NCBI GenBank assembly: GCA_964365465.1
Contig: CAYIPT010000001.1
Coordinates: forward strand, 1 to 57,309
Reading direction: 5' to 3'
Source of the DNA: an uncultured Candidatus Saccharibacteria bacterium
Lineage (GTDB): Bacteria > Patescibacteriota > Minisyncoccia > Phycocordibacterales > WO2-35-19
Length of the DNA: 57,309 bases
Shown here: one piece after another, positions 19,006 through 29,082 of the stretch
Layout: each line of letters opens with the position of its first letter
Position numbering within the stretch: position 1 is the first letter of the stretch
Translations under genes and position numbers: made by a program
Notes under the pieces: generated by a model
Told to the model about the DNA's origin: nothing
Databases searched by the model: none
What the model saw: the letters and a program-made list of their open reading frames with translations, nothing else

Positions 19006-19854
19006 CTAATTAATAAAAAACACATCGGTAGCACGCTCACTATTCTCGATGTGCTTTATTACATCATTAACCTGCTCATAAGTGGTTGAAAAACACCTCC
19101 TTTTACTCGAAAGAAAGTTAAGCATCTTTTCGTAATATTCCAATCTGCTACAAGTAATTTCCATATAAATAACCTGGATTTTTTCAAGATGTTTTTTGAT
19201 AGATTCAAACAACATTGGTTCCGCCCCCTCAATATCAATTTTCAACAGGTCAATTTTATCAATTGAATTATCTTGAATAAATTTATCTAGCGTAATACAC
19301 GGTGTTTTTGTGCCATCTTTCACATCAACAATTGTATTTTCGCTTCCCCCACCTATTGAAACCATTGTCGTACCATTAACGGAAGAAAGCGCTGTATTAA
19401 AAGGAAAGATATTTTTAGTAGAAAAGAATTGCTGGCCGATATTTTTTTTAAGAAGTTTAAAATTTTCCGGAGACGCTTCAATGGCATAAATTTTTGCGTT
19501 AGGATATTTTGAAGCAAAATATAAAGAAATTTCTCCCTGAAAAGCTCCGACATCAATTATTGTTTTCAAATCTTTGTGATGTTGTCTCAAAAAAATATCA
19601 ATCGGTAACCCCTCATTGGCTCCTTCTGTTGTAAGTTTCAGAAATTTATTGTTTAAATCCAATACAACACCTTCATTCAAGATTTTAGCCCCTTCCTTGT
19701 TTATAATAAAACTTGCCGGATAATCAAACTTCTTTAATAACGAAACAAAAATGGATATTTGTTGTCGTAAAATTGCGATCCGAAGAAATCTATTTTCATT
19801 ACTTCTGATATCTTTCACAAAAAATTGCTTCAATTTTAGTATAATTTTTCTCAT
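19006..19854 (-). CDS. FkbM-family SAM methyltransferase
   Basis: IIDVGAFQGEISLYFA, AIEASPENFKLLKKNI and LLKIDIEGAE. Confidence 0.75.
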   Translation of the reverse strand: MRKIILKLKQFFVKDIRSNENRFLRIAILRQQISIFVSLLKKFDYPASFIINKEGAKILNEGVVLDLNNKFLKLTTEGANEGLPIDIFLRQHHKDLKTIIDVGAFQGEISLYFASKYPNAKIYAIEASPENFKLLKKNIGQQFFSTKNIFPFNTALSSVNGTTMVSIGGGSENTIVDVKDGTKTPCITLDKFIQDNSIDKIDLLKIDIEGAEPMLFESIKKHLEKIQVIYMEITCSRLEYYEKMLNFLSSKRRCFSTTYEQVNDVIKHIENSERATDVFFIN

Positions 19855-19859
19855 ATTAA

Positions 19860-21608
19860 CTATTTCACTTTAAATATAGAAACGCTACCCAGAGTTGCAG
19901 ATAAATTTAAAAATGTATACTGCTTGAATTTGTTTTCCAAATTCTTATATTTTTCATCGCCAAAGTCCACCAAAACATAATCGGCCTTATAAGTCTTAAG
20001 GGCTTTTTCAAATCCTTCTTTTTTAAATTTAGCATATTTATCCAGGACGACATCTACATATTTTTGTTCCATCAAAACCGTTTCCGGATATTTTTTGCCC
20101 GTAATAAATTGTAAAATCTTTCTTCTGGATTCCTTGCTTTGATAAGTGTCTATAAATTTATTTATCCAAATTCCCCTATTCCCGTAAACATCATCCCTTT
20201 TTATATCTTCAAAAAAATTCTGAATAACCCACCTGTTTTCTAATTCGTCATCGGACATCAAATACATTCCGGCATATGTTTGCCAATAACTGCTGTTATG
20301 AGTATAAACTGGCAGGAGTAAATCATAATTCTGACCTAAAGCGTATACGACAGAATCTTGGGCTGTATTTTTATTGAGCCAATCCGCGATAATCATTGAG
20401 TTTTGAATATCTGAAATTTCCGACGGATGAACGAAGTTTGCAAAAGTAAAAATTTCCCTTTTTTGTCTGTAAAAAATGAAGAATAGAAGAACTGCCATCA
20501 AAAAAATAACTGATGCTTTTTTAAAGTCAAACTTTTTGTATTTTACGAAATATTCCGAAAGCGACTCTGCGCAAATGGCGATAACAAGAAACACAAATAA
20601 AATTGTTACCATATAATAGTGGGAAGAAAATTGCAGTCCCTTGCCGGTTATGATGTTTTGCCAATTCAATATGATTCCGCTCAAAATCAAAGAATAACCA
20701 AAAAACAATTTTCTCTTTTCAATAAAATCTTTTCTGATTAAAAATAATACCGGCAGACAAAATCCCAGCAGAGCGACATTTACAAAAGCTCCTGGCCGGT
20801 GGGTAAAAATAAATCCATTTCGGAGAGAAGCTTCGGCAAAAGACGGATCTGCGACCGATTTCAACAAATTTAATGCGTAGGGCAAGGCGATCAGAACGGA
20901 AACGACGCCAAAAATCATCCAATTTTTTATCCAGTATCTGAAGTTTTTTTGCCAAACAGCCAAAATCAAAGAATTTACCACATACAGCACGATTATGGTC
21001 GACCAATAAAATGGATATATGTAAACTAGGCAGCCGAAAATTACGGCAAGCGACACATTCAGAGTCGCAGATGTTTTGAAATCATAATCCTTGGAAAAAA
21101 TTTTCCAAAGAAGCAGAAGTCCGTATATGAAAAAAATAAAATTGAACTGCGGACTGATTGGTCGGCCAAAAGTGTTTAGAAATACAAGAAAAAAAACAGA
21201 TGACGACACGGCCGAAATGGTTCTTGATTTTGTTATATTGAAAAACAGCGCGTACAACAAAATAACTCCCAAAAACGGTAAAATGAAATCGTTGATAGCA
21301 AATGTTTTGGGAACTGAAAATCCAAATAATTTTGCTTCGCCTGAAAGTATTATTTCGGAAAGTGATTGCGTTAAAGATGGTTTGTTTTTCAGCTCTTTTA
21401 TGAAAGGGTTGCCGGAATTATAGTGGCCTTTGTAAACTTCCCGGGTTGTTCCGAGATAATATTGCTCATCGTCGTTCATCGTTGGATAAATGCCCCTGAA
21501 ACTGCGACCGGCTTCCATGACAGAAAAAACCGTGGGGAAAACAATGGCTAAACCAAAAATCAATGCCAGCGGAACTATAAACCAATGTTTTTTTATCAAA
21601 TTCGACAT
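19860..21608 (-). CDS. Polytopic membrane protein with a C-terminal soluble domain, possibly a GT-C-fold glycosyltransferase
   Basis: About 11 TM segments. An acidic first-loop motif (MNDDEQYY) is followed by a ~190-aa hydrophilic C-terminus. No secure family match. Confidence 0.35.
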   Translation of the reverse strand: MSNLIKKHWFIVPLALIFGLAIVFPTVFSVMEAGRSFRGIYPTMNDDEQYYLGTTREVYKGHYNSGNPFIKELKNKPSLTQSLSEIILSGEAKLFGFSVPKTFAINDFILPFLGVILLYALFFNITKSRTISAVSSSVFFLVFLNTFGRPISPQFNFIFFIYGLLLLWKIFSKDYDFKTSATLNVSLAVIFGCLVYIYPFYWSTIIVLYVVNSLILAVWQKNFRYWIKNWMIFGVVSVLIALPYALNLLKSVADPSFAEASLRNGFIFTHRPGAFVNVALLGFCLPVLFLIRKDFIEKRKLFFGYSLILSGIILNWQNIITGKGLQFSSHYYMVTILFVFLVIAICAESLSEYFVKYKKFDFKKASVIFLMAVLLFFIFYRQKREIFTFANFVHPSEISDIQNSMIIADWLNKNTAQDSVVYALGQNYDLLLPVYTHNSSYWQTYAGMYLMSDDELENRWVIQNFFEDIKRDDVYGNRGIWINKFIDTYQSKESRRKILQFITGKKYPETVLMEQKYVDVVLDKYAKFKKEGFEKALKTYKADYVLVDFGDEKYKNLENKFKQYTFLNLSATLGSVSIFKVK

Positions 21609-21632
21609 AACTAGTTGTCCAAATATCTACAA

Positions 21633-22757
21633 TTAAACCGTTTTTATAAATGAAATAATTTTTTCTGCTCTGATTTTCCAAGTATATTTCTCCGAAACAT
21701 CCCAATAAGCTTTATCCGCTATTTTATTGCTAATCTCAGGATTCTCCTTGAGTTTAACGATAGCCTCAGCTAGGGCCCGTACATCATTGGGAGGCACCAA
21801 TAAAGAGTTTTCTCCGTCTGTTAATATTTCCCTCAAAGAGGGCAGGTCTGTCGCAATAATAGGCCTTTTACTGGCCATATATTCAAAAATTTTAAGGGGC
21901 GACATATAAAAATTATAATGCTTATTTTCCGGAAAAGGCGCCACAAAAACATCACATTTCCCGGCATATTTTGAAATATCAGAATAAGAAACCTGGCCTG
22001 TAAAAATCACTCTATCAGATACACCCGATTCAAGAGACATGTTTTTATAATATTCAATATCCGATTTTTCACCACCCACCACTAAAAATTTATAGTTCGA
22101 TGGCAATAAGGTAAGCGCTCGTAGGCCATCGGCAACTCCTTTTCCCATGCCCATGGTTTTTAATGTGCCTATGTAACCATACACAAAATCTTTTTCCGAA
22201 AGACCCTTGATTTCAAAATGGTTAGAATAATTTTTAAATTTATCTAAATCCACCCCGTCAGAAGCAACAATGATTTTGCCAACCGGCACGCCAACAGCAA
22301 CAAATCTATCCTTTATAAACGAAGTGAGCACTATAAGCTTTTTTGCCAAAGAAAACATAAATTTATGTTGAGACGATACTTCCTTTGGGAATGAATGCTG
22401 TTCCAAAATAATACCTGGAAAAAATAATGTTGAGTATAAATCTCTGGAGTACAGGATATCAAAATGATTAAACCAAACATAAAATCTGGCTGAAATATAA
22501 AAAGAAATAAAACGAAGCCAATAAAAAAATGGGTGTGGATTGCCGACAAATATATCTGTGCATGGCAGTTTTTTTATAAAAAAGGTCTTAGGTATTTTAT
22601 AATGTTCAAAAGGATCTTTTTTAAATAAACTTCTATTTGGAACTATAAGCGTCACTTCTGCGCCAACCTCGCTAAATGCCTTGCACATATTCATTATTTG
22701 AACAGAATGCGCCCAACCTTCGGCCAAACTAACATTTGCAATATACGCTATTTTCAT
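21633..22757 (-). CDS. GT4 (GT-B) glycosyltransferase
   Basis: C-terminal E-x7-E-type region SPLKIFEYMASKRPIIATD. Confidence 0.8.
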   Translation of the reverse strand: MKIAYIANVSLAEGWAHSVQIMNMCKAFSEVGAEVTLIVPNRSLFKKDPFEHYKIPKTFFIKKLPCTDIFVGNPHPFFYWLRFISFYISARFYVWFNHFDILYSRDLYSTLFFPGIILEQHSFPKEVSSQHKFMFSLAKKLIVLTSFIKDRFVAVGVPVGKIIVASDGVDLDKFKNYSNHFEIKGLSEKDFVYGYIGTLKTMGMGKGVADGLRALTLLPSNYKFLVVGGEKSDIEYYKNMSLESGVSDRVIFTGQVSYSDISKYAGKCDVFVAPFPENKHYNFYMSPLKIFEYMASKRPIIATDLPSLREILTDGENSLLVPPNDVRALAEAIVKLKENPEISNKIADKAYWDVSEKYTWKIRAEKIISFIKTV

Positions 22758-22761
22758 AATT

Positions 22762-24042
22762 TTAAAATTTATTGATGATTTCTTTAAACCAATCTAGTTT
22801 AATTTTAGCAGTCAAATTAATATCTGTCTTTGCAGCAAATTCACGGCTTTTTTCTCCCATCTCAAATCTTTCTTTTTTAGTTTTCTTGTACAAATTTAAA
22901 ATAGCATTGGCTATTCCATTTATATCATCTGTTTTAACAACAAAACCATTCTTGCCTTCTGGCACAGAATTTGGCAAAGCTCCATTATCATAAACAACAA
23001 TGGGCAGAGCGCATGACATAGCTTCGAGTAAAGCCAAGTCAAGCCCACAACTGCGCGGGCTGTTTGAAAGGTTGCAATACCCTTCTATTGATTTATAAAG
23101 TCTGAGCTTTTTTTCTTCTGAAAGGTTTTGGAGAAAAAAGACATTATTTTCTACTTTTTCTTCTTTAGCTAAAGAAATCCATTTTTCCATACCAACATCG
23201 CCTCCAACAATAACAGCCCCAATTTCTGTAAATCCTTTTTTATTTAAAATAGATACGGATTTAATAAGATGATCGTGTCCCTTACGATAATGAAATGCTC
23301 CGGTCATGGCTACTAAAAATTTGTCGTGGGGCAATTTATAATAACCCCTCAGTTCATTCTTTGTCTCTTTCAATTCCTTTTGATAAAAACTGTAGTCACA
23401 AGCATCGTAAAAAACCCTTACTCTCTCTTTTGGCAGATACATAAGCGGACCAACAGAACAATTATCCATACCAATTACTAAACTGGATAAATTTAATAAA
23501 TAAGTCCAATATTTTGCTCTATTATTTTCATCTAAATGTTTATTTACACCCATTTGCAAATCATGAACTTCTGCATATGTCTCAAAAACAACCGGAATTT
23601 TTCTATTCTTAGCTATTTCTGCCACCATAAATGTTTTTATAAGAGCCGTTTGACATGCAATAATATTCGGCTTAAAAGAATCAATTATTTTATCTATCCA
23701 AACTCCATAAGCAGAATATAAGATGGTCTCTGTTGAGATTTTTGGATATATTTTAAAATATCTAAAAAAAAGAGTTGTATATAAAATCGGATTTGTTAAA
23801 AAATAACGAATCAAAAACAGAAATTTCTTAAATTTGTTTGGCTTGCTTTTATATTCAAAAAAATAATTAGCCCCAGCCCCTAAATCATCTGCATTTGCCG
23901 GTTTGTAAACAAAAGTGACAGCAACTTCATTTCCCGTTTTTTTCCAGACCTTGGCATACAACAAAGAAATGTTTTGGACGCCGGCATACGGCGGTGGCAT
24001 AGAATCTCCGGTTGTACCGGTTATGAGAATTCGAAGCGACAT
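22762..24042 (-). CDS. GT4 (GT-B) glycosyltransferase
   Basis: GLDLALLEAMSCALPIVVYDNG. Start moved to the ATG at 24042 (MSLRILITG) because TATACT lies 7 nt upstream. The ORF track begins at a TTG at 24069. Confidence 0.75.
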   Translation of the reverse strand: MSLRILITGTTGDSMPPPYAGVQNISLLYAKVWKKTGNEVAVTFVYKPANADDLGAGANYFFEYKSKPNKFKKFLFLIRYFLTNPILYTTLFFRYFKIYPKISTETILYSAYGVWIDKIIDSFKPNIIACQTALIKTFMVAEIAKNRKIPVVFETYAEVHDLQMGVNKHLDENNRAKYWTYLLNLSSLVIGMDNCSVGPLMYLPKERVRVFYDACDYSFYQKELKETKNELRGYYKLPHDKFLVAMTGAFHYRKGHDHLIKSVSILNKKGFTEIGAVIVGGDVGMEKWISLAKEEKVENNVFFLQNLSEEKKLRLYKSIEGYCNLSNSPRSCGLDLALLEAMSCALPIVVYDNGALPNSVPEGKNGFVVKTDDINGIANAILNLYKKTKKERFEMGEKSREFAAKTDINLTAKIKLDWFKEIINKF

Positions 24043-24144
24043 GTTGTCCAGTATACTAATAAATGACAAGAAATCAATTGTGTTGTATTACTTGTATAAA
24101 TTGGGAAACCTGATACTATGAGCCTCAGATTAGAGAGGAAAACT

Positions 24145-24546
24145 ATGGAAAAATGCCGATTGATAGAATTTCCTGTCCATGCCGATGGGCGCGGAAATCT
24201 GTGTGTTTTGCAATACGATCAACATATTCCGTTCAAGCCAGAACGCACTTTTTGGGTTTGGAATGTGCCTCAATGGGTGTCGCGAGGTGGCCATGCCCAT
24301 GCTCATAGTAGCCAGATTCATATATGCGTAGGTGGCACCGCTAAGGTCAAAACGCATGATGGAGAAAAAGAAGAAACATTTGTACTTGATTCTCCAAACA
24401 AAGGTCTGTTTACAGAACCGATGGTCTGGGGAGAGTTTGAATTATCTTCTCCTAATGCCTTTCTTATTGTAATATCTTCCCATACTTACGATAAAGAGGA
24501 CTACATAAAAGACTACAATGAGTTTTTGAGGCTTTCACGAAAGTGA
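24145..24546 (+). CDS. WxcM/FdtA-like cupin (sugar 3,4-ketoisomerase family)
   Basis: FPVHADGRGNL...PF..ERTFWV..V....RGGHAHA matches the FdtA/QdtA pattern. Start placed at the ATG preceded by AGAGAGGAA. Confidence 0.7.
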   Translation: MEKCRLIEFPVHADGRGNLCVLQYDQHIPFKPERTFWVWNVPQWVSRGGHAHAHSSQIHICVGGTAKVKTHDGEKEETFVLDSPNKGLFTEPMVWGEFELSSPNAFLIVISSHTYDKEDYIKDYNEFLRLSRK

Positions 24547-24578
24547 TTCGCTCCGGATGGAATATCCGGAGCTTTTGT

Positions 24579-25373
24579 TTAATGATTATTTTTGAGAATA
24601 AATATATATTCCGATGCCCAACCCAGTTTCTCCAACATATTCCTAAGATGATTCCAGCCAAAACCATATCCCGAGACAGCAGGTCCCTTTATGCAACTCA
24701 TTATAGCATACCCGCTATCTTCAAAAAGTTTTTGCCAACTGTTTTTACTCCATGATTGCCATTCTTCAATATGGGTTTTATAATTGCCGTGAATTTGGGG
24801 CAAAAAAATGCGTTTCCATTTATTTATCTTATTTACTTTATTTAAATTAATATTATTTTCAAAATTATTAGTAGTTCCTCTAAAAATCGGCTTCTTTTTA
24901 AAAATTCCGATTAATCTATCTGCAAAAAGCAAAAGAAGGTTTGGATAAAAAAGAAGCAGATATGTAATTTTGAGCATTCTGCCAGGAACAATGTGTATGA
25001 CATATCCATCAAAGGAGAGCATTTTCCTTGTATTCTGCAAAAAAATTTTTTTATTAGAAAGATGCTCAATAAGATTTGATGAAAAAATTAAATCAAATAT
25101 GCCGGAATTAAACATGCCTGATAAAGCATCGGCATCATATGCTTTATAATCCACGCCTATAATTTTGAATTCATCTTTCAAGCGTTTAAAATTTAAGTCA
25201 GAAGAAACAAATTTTGAACACATTGGTTCAATTAAAGTAGTCTGATAACCATCGCCGGCGCCAAATTCTATGCCATTATTAAATTTTTTTACCGGAATCA
25301 AAGAAAATGCTCTTTTTATTTCTTCTTTTCGTATGGTGTGTATATAAGTACTCCAATCATTTTTTAAAAACAT
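24579..25373 (-). CDS. Class I SAM-dependent methyltransferase
   Basis: Motif I GIEFGAGDGYQT and an acidic motif II residue (SSD). Confidence 0.7.
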   Translation of the reverse strand: MFLKNDWSTYIHTIRKEEIKRAFSLIPVKKFNNGIEFGAGDGYQTTLIEPMCSKFVSSDLNFKRLKDEFKIIGVDYKAYDADALSGMFNSGIFDLIFSSNLIEHLSNKKIFLQNTRKMLSFDGYVIHIVPGRMLKITYLLLFYPNLLLLFADRLIGIFKKKPIFRGTTNNFENNINLNKVNKINKWKRIFLPQIHGNYKTHIEEWQSWSKNSWQKLFEDSGYAIMSCIKGPAVSGYGFGWNHLRNMLEKLGWASEYIFILKNNH

Positions 25374-25456
25374 AGTTCATTAAAAATTATATTTAGATTA
25401 AAATTTTTTGATTTTGCAAGTTTTTTATAATGTTGTAATATGCAGTATAATATACC

Positions 25457-26959
25457 ATGAATTTTGCCAGGGATAAAGTTTTAAATCTTTTAAGGGCTAA
25501 AAAAATAGCCCTGTTCATTGTTGCTTATAATGCCGAGCGGCATATTCAAAAAACTATTGAAAGAATTCCCAAAGATATAATAAATAGTCTGGCAGAAATT
25601 TATTTTATAGATGATTCTTCAAACGACAAGACGGTAGAAAAAACAAAAGCCGTCTTTAAAAAACTTGGCATAAGAAATTACCGAGTGATGAGAACGCCCT
25701 TCAACCAGGGTTATGGCGGAAATCAAAAAATCGGTTATTACTATGCGATCAAAAATAATTATGATTATGTCATCATGCTCCATGGCGATGGCCAATATCC
25801 TCCGGAATTCATTCCCCTTATTATCGAGCAATTTGAGAACCCTAAAGTTTCCGCGGTCTTTGGCTCAAGAATGATAAATAAATACCAAGCTATTAGAGGA
25901 GGCATGCCTTTGTATAAATGGCTCGGCAATCAGATTTTAACCGGTATAGAGAATAAACTTATGAATTCCCGGCTTTCTGAATTTCATTCCGGTTATCGGG
26001 CTTATTCCGTTAACGCTTTAAAATCCATACCTTTTTATTTAAATAGTAATGATTTTCATTTCGACACGGATATAATCATCCAGTTTTTAGCCAATAATTT
26101 AAAAATTGTTGAGATTTCTATTCCTACTCACTATGGGGATGAGATTTGCCATGTTAATGGTATGAAATATTTTTGGAACTGCATCAAATCAGTCGTGAAA
26201 TATCGTTTCTATAAAATAGGAATTTTTTATCAGCCAAATTTTGATATAAAATCATCCCTTGTCAGAAATTACCCAATCAAAGAAAGCCGAAATTCTCTTC
26301 ACTATTATGTAACCAATAAGCTGCCTTGGAATAAAACAGACAATGTGATTGAGATCGGAGCAAATGATGGTGCTTTATCTGAAAGAGTTTCTCCCTTGGT
26401 AGCTTCTATTGTGGCTGTCGATATTCAAAAGCCAGACTCTCGGCCGGGAATTAAATCAGTCGAGCTTGATCTTAATTCCGACTTTACAGATGCCTTGGGC
26501 CGGAACAAATATGACAGAGTCATTGCTCTGGATGTTATTGAACATCTCTATGACCCGGAAAAATCGATGGCAAGGATAAACAATATCATGAAAACCGGCG
26601 GGAAGCTGTATATTTCAACTGCTAATATAGCTTTTATAATTATGCGAGCCACTCTTTTAATAGGATGGTTTAATTATGGCAAAAGTGGCATTTTGGATAA
26701 AACTCATCATCGTTTGTTTACAGTAAATACCTTAAAAAGACTGCTAAGAAACAGCGGTTTTAAGGTTGAACAAGTGGTTGGGTTTGGTCCCCCCATAGCT
26801 GATAGTATAAGCAATAAAGGAGTCCTTAAAATAATTGACAGGGCCGCAGGATTTTTGGCAAGACTAAAGCCCTCAATATTTAGTTTTAGTTTTCTGATAA
26901 TCGCTGAGAAAAAAGCGCCTTTAGAAGAAATTTACGACCTAACTATGAAATCTGTTTAG
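25457..26959 (+). CDS. Bifunctional GT2 (Dpm1/GtrB-like polyprenyl-phosphate glycosyltransferase) fused to a SAM methyltransferase
   Basis: N-terminal half: FIVAYNAERHI, IDDSSNDKT, MLHGDGQYPP. C-terminal half: VIEIGANDGA, ALDVIEHLYDP. TATAAT lies 5 nt before the ATG. Confidence 0.75.
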   Translation: MNFARDKVLNLLRAKKIALFIVAYNAERHIQKTIERIPKDIINSLAEIYFIDDSSNDKTVEKTKAVFKKLGIRNYRVMRTPFNQGYGGNQKIGYYYAIKNNYDYVIMLHGDGQYPPEFIPLIIEQFENPKVSAVFGSRMINKYQAIRGGMPLYKWLGNQILTGIENKLMNSRLSEFHSGYRAYSVNALKSIPFYLNSNDFHFDTDIIIQFLANNLKIVEISIPTHYGDEICHVNGMKYFWNCIKSVVKYRFYKIGIFYQPNFDIKSSLVRNYPIKESRNSLHYYVTNKLPWNKTDNVIEIGANDGALSERVSPLVASIVAVDIQKPDSRPGIKSVELDLNSDFTDALGRNKYDRVIALDVIEHLYDPEKSMARINNIMKTGGKLYISTANIAFIIMRATLLIGWFNYGKSGILDKTHHRLFTVNTLKRLLRNSGFKVEQVVGFGPPIADSISNKGVLKIIDRAAGFLARLKPSIFSFSFLIIAEKKAPLEEIYDLTMKSV

Positions 26960-26968
26960 AAAATAAAT

Positions 26969-28324
26969 ATGTTTAGGCAATATAAAAAATTTTTAATCCC
27001 GATATTTTTGTGTTTAGTCATAGCATCTTCTTATATGATTATAGACTCAGGGAAAGTGGGTGGTGATGCCATTGATTACGAAGAGTTGTCTAATTCCATA
27101 CTTACAGGAAAATACTCAATTGATGGTGCCACTAGTATGTTGCGAGAACCCGGCTACCCTTTCTTTAGAGCAGTTCTGAAATGGTTACATTTTTCTATGG
27201 GTGGTATTTTGTGGATTCAGATACTTCTCTATGCTATAACTATATTTTTTGTCGGTTTGACTTGCTTCAAAATAGACAATAGAGCTGGTGTTTGGGGAGC
27301 TTGGGGGGCAGCATTATCTTACGGTTTGGCTTTTTATCCGTCGCATCATCTTTCGGAAACATTAACCGCTTTTTTTCTTTCTATTATCGGCCTGCTCTTT
27401 ATCACAACTTTAGACAATCCTAGGTGTAAACATTGGATATTTTTGGGAATGGCGTCAGGAGTTCTTTTATTGACTCGCTACGCTTTTTTTCTGATACCAA
27501 TAGTTTCCGCAGCAGCGATTATAATAACCGCAATAAAAAACAAAATGCTTGATAGAAAAGAGCTCGCCATAAATGTCGTTTTGATGTTTTTAATAATGGG
27601 AATTATAATTTCTCCGTGGGTTATCAGAAACTATAATGAGTTCGGTGAAGCAAATATTGCCGGACGATCTGGCAATATTCTTTACGCCAGAGCTTGGAAA
27701 GCAGAGAAATCATGGCGGTCTCTTTTTGATAGTTATATTTCTGTTTTTATAGGAAGAGGCCTACTTTTTACTATCTATCCCACCAGCCAACCTATATTTC
27801 AAGAACAATGGGACTGGCAGCGAGATACGAATAAATTAAAGCTTTTGGGAGATAGCAATACAGAAGTAAACAAAAACTTAAGAAAAGAAGCTTTTGGAAT
27901 AATTTTCAAAGATTTTAATCAATTTGCCAAGTTTGCCGCTTGGACAGGAGTAGACGGGCTTCGTCTCCTCGCGCTTCCCAATCCTGTAATTGAAGCTCAA
28001 GGTTCTCCAATTGAGGGTACTTACGGCCCGTTGGCCAAAGAAGAAGGGCTGTCTTTAATTCAAATTATCGCTCTGGCTTCAGTGCACATAATCCAATTAT
28101 TATGGTTTGTTTGCATTGTCTTGAGTATTATTTTCGGATTTAGAAAATATGGTTTTCGATTCATCCCCGGCATTTTATTAATCGGTTTCATTTTGCCTCA
28201 CTTGGCTATTGATGATACGGCTAGGTTCGCGGCACCAATGCAACCGTGGCTTTTATCTGGTATTTTCATAACTATCTTATATCCTCTCTATAAAGGTGAT
28301 TTATTAGATATGAAATTTTTTTGA
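26969..28324 (+). CDS. GT-C fold (ArnT/PMT-like, GT39/83-type) membrane glycosyltransferase
   Basis: The first loop carries DAIDYEE and REPGYPFF. About 11 TM segments. Confidence 0.6.
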   Translation: MFRQYKKFLIPIFLCLVIASSYMIIDSGKVGGDAIDYEELSNSILTGKYSIDGATSMLREPGYPFFRAVLKWLHFSMGGILWIQILLYAITIFFVGLTCFKIDNRAGVWGAWGAALSYGLAFYPSHHLSETLTAFFLSIIGLLFITTLDNPRCKHWIFLGMASGVLLLTRYAFFLIPIVSAAAIIITAIKNKMLDRKELAINVVLMFLIMGIIISPWVIRNYNEFGEANIAGRSGNILYARAWKAEKSWRSLFDSYISVFIGRGLLFTIYPTSQPIFQEQWDWQRDTNKLKLLGDSNTEVNKNLRKEAFGIIFKDFNQFAKFAAWTGVDGLRLLALPNPVIEAQGSPIEGTYGPLAKEEGLSLIQIIALASVHIIQLLWFVCIVLSIIFGFRKYGFRFIPGILLIGFILPHLAIDDTARFAAPMQPWLLSGIFITILYPLYKGDLLDMKFF

Positions 28325-28350
28325 ATTCGTGATATATTACTTTAACGTAT

Positions 28351-29082
28351 ATGACAATTCCTAAAATCTCAGTGGTTATATTATGTTATAAAGCTGGTAA
28401 TTTCGCCAAAGTATTTCATCAAAAAGTAGCAAAAATTCTGCAGGATAATAACTTGGATTATGAAATAGTTCTTGTCGGCAACTTCTGGGCCGATAAGGGT
28501 GACATTACCCCAGAGGTAGTTCGCCAAATAGCAATAAACGAAGACAGAACGATATCGGTTATTAAGAAAAAAACAACTAAGACACACGGCATGGGCTGGG
28601 ATATGCGCTCCGGACTGGAGGCGGCCACGGGCAGTACCATTGCAGTGATTGATGGTGATGGCCAAATGCCTCCAGAAGACATACCAAAACTTTATAAAAA
28701 ACTTGTGAATGAAAAATTGGATATGTGCAAAGGAAAACGAATTTCACGTGGTGATGGGATATATCGTAGATTTATTTCTCGTATATTTAATGAAATTATG
28801 CAATTACTGTTCCCTGGAATTATTTCAAATGACATAAACGGCAAGCCTAAAATTTTTACACGCGAGGCCTATAACAAATTAAATCTGGAATCCAATGACT
28901 GGTTTATTGACGCCGAGATTATGATAAAAGCCAGTCGAAATAACTTTCGTATCGGCGAAATGGAAGTTATATTCAAAAAAAACCCAGAGCGTCCATCTTT
29001 TATTTCTTTTAAAGCCAATGTTGAATTCATTAAAAATATTATTGTTTGGAGAATGAGAGAATCAAGAATTCTAAAAAAATGA
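28351..29082 (+). CDS. GT2 polyprenyl-phosphate glycosyltransferase (GtrB/ArnC/Dpm1-like)
   Basis: SVVILCYKAG and AVIDGDGQMPPEDI. Confidence 0.75.
   Translation: MTIPKISVVILCYKAGNFAKVFHQKVAKILQDNNLDYEIVLVGNFWADKGDITPEVVRQIAINEDRTISVIKKKTTKTHGMGWDMRSGLEAATGSTIAVIDGDGQMPPEDIPKLYKKLVNEKLDMCKGKRISRGDGIYRRFISRIFNEIMQLLFPGIISNDINGKPKIFTREAYNKLNLESNDWFIDAEIMIKASRNNFRIGEMEVIFKKNPERPSFISFKANVEFIKNIIVWRMRESRILKK

Noticed and set aside
25317-25323. By my hand count, the printed T-run here has one more T than the ORF-track translation (…KEEIKRAF…) of 24579..25373 requires. That would put the MFLKND start out of frame.
   Set aside because: Most likely my counting error. Flanking anchors (24579 stop, 25457 start) agree with the track. 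I did not call a frameshift or pseudogene, but the homopolymer could be checked in reads.
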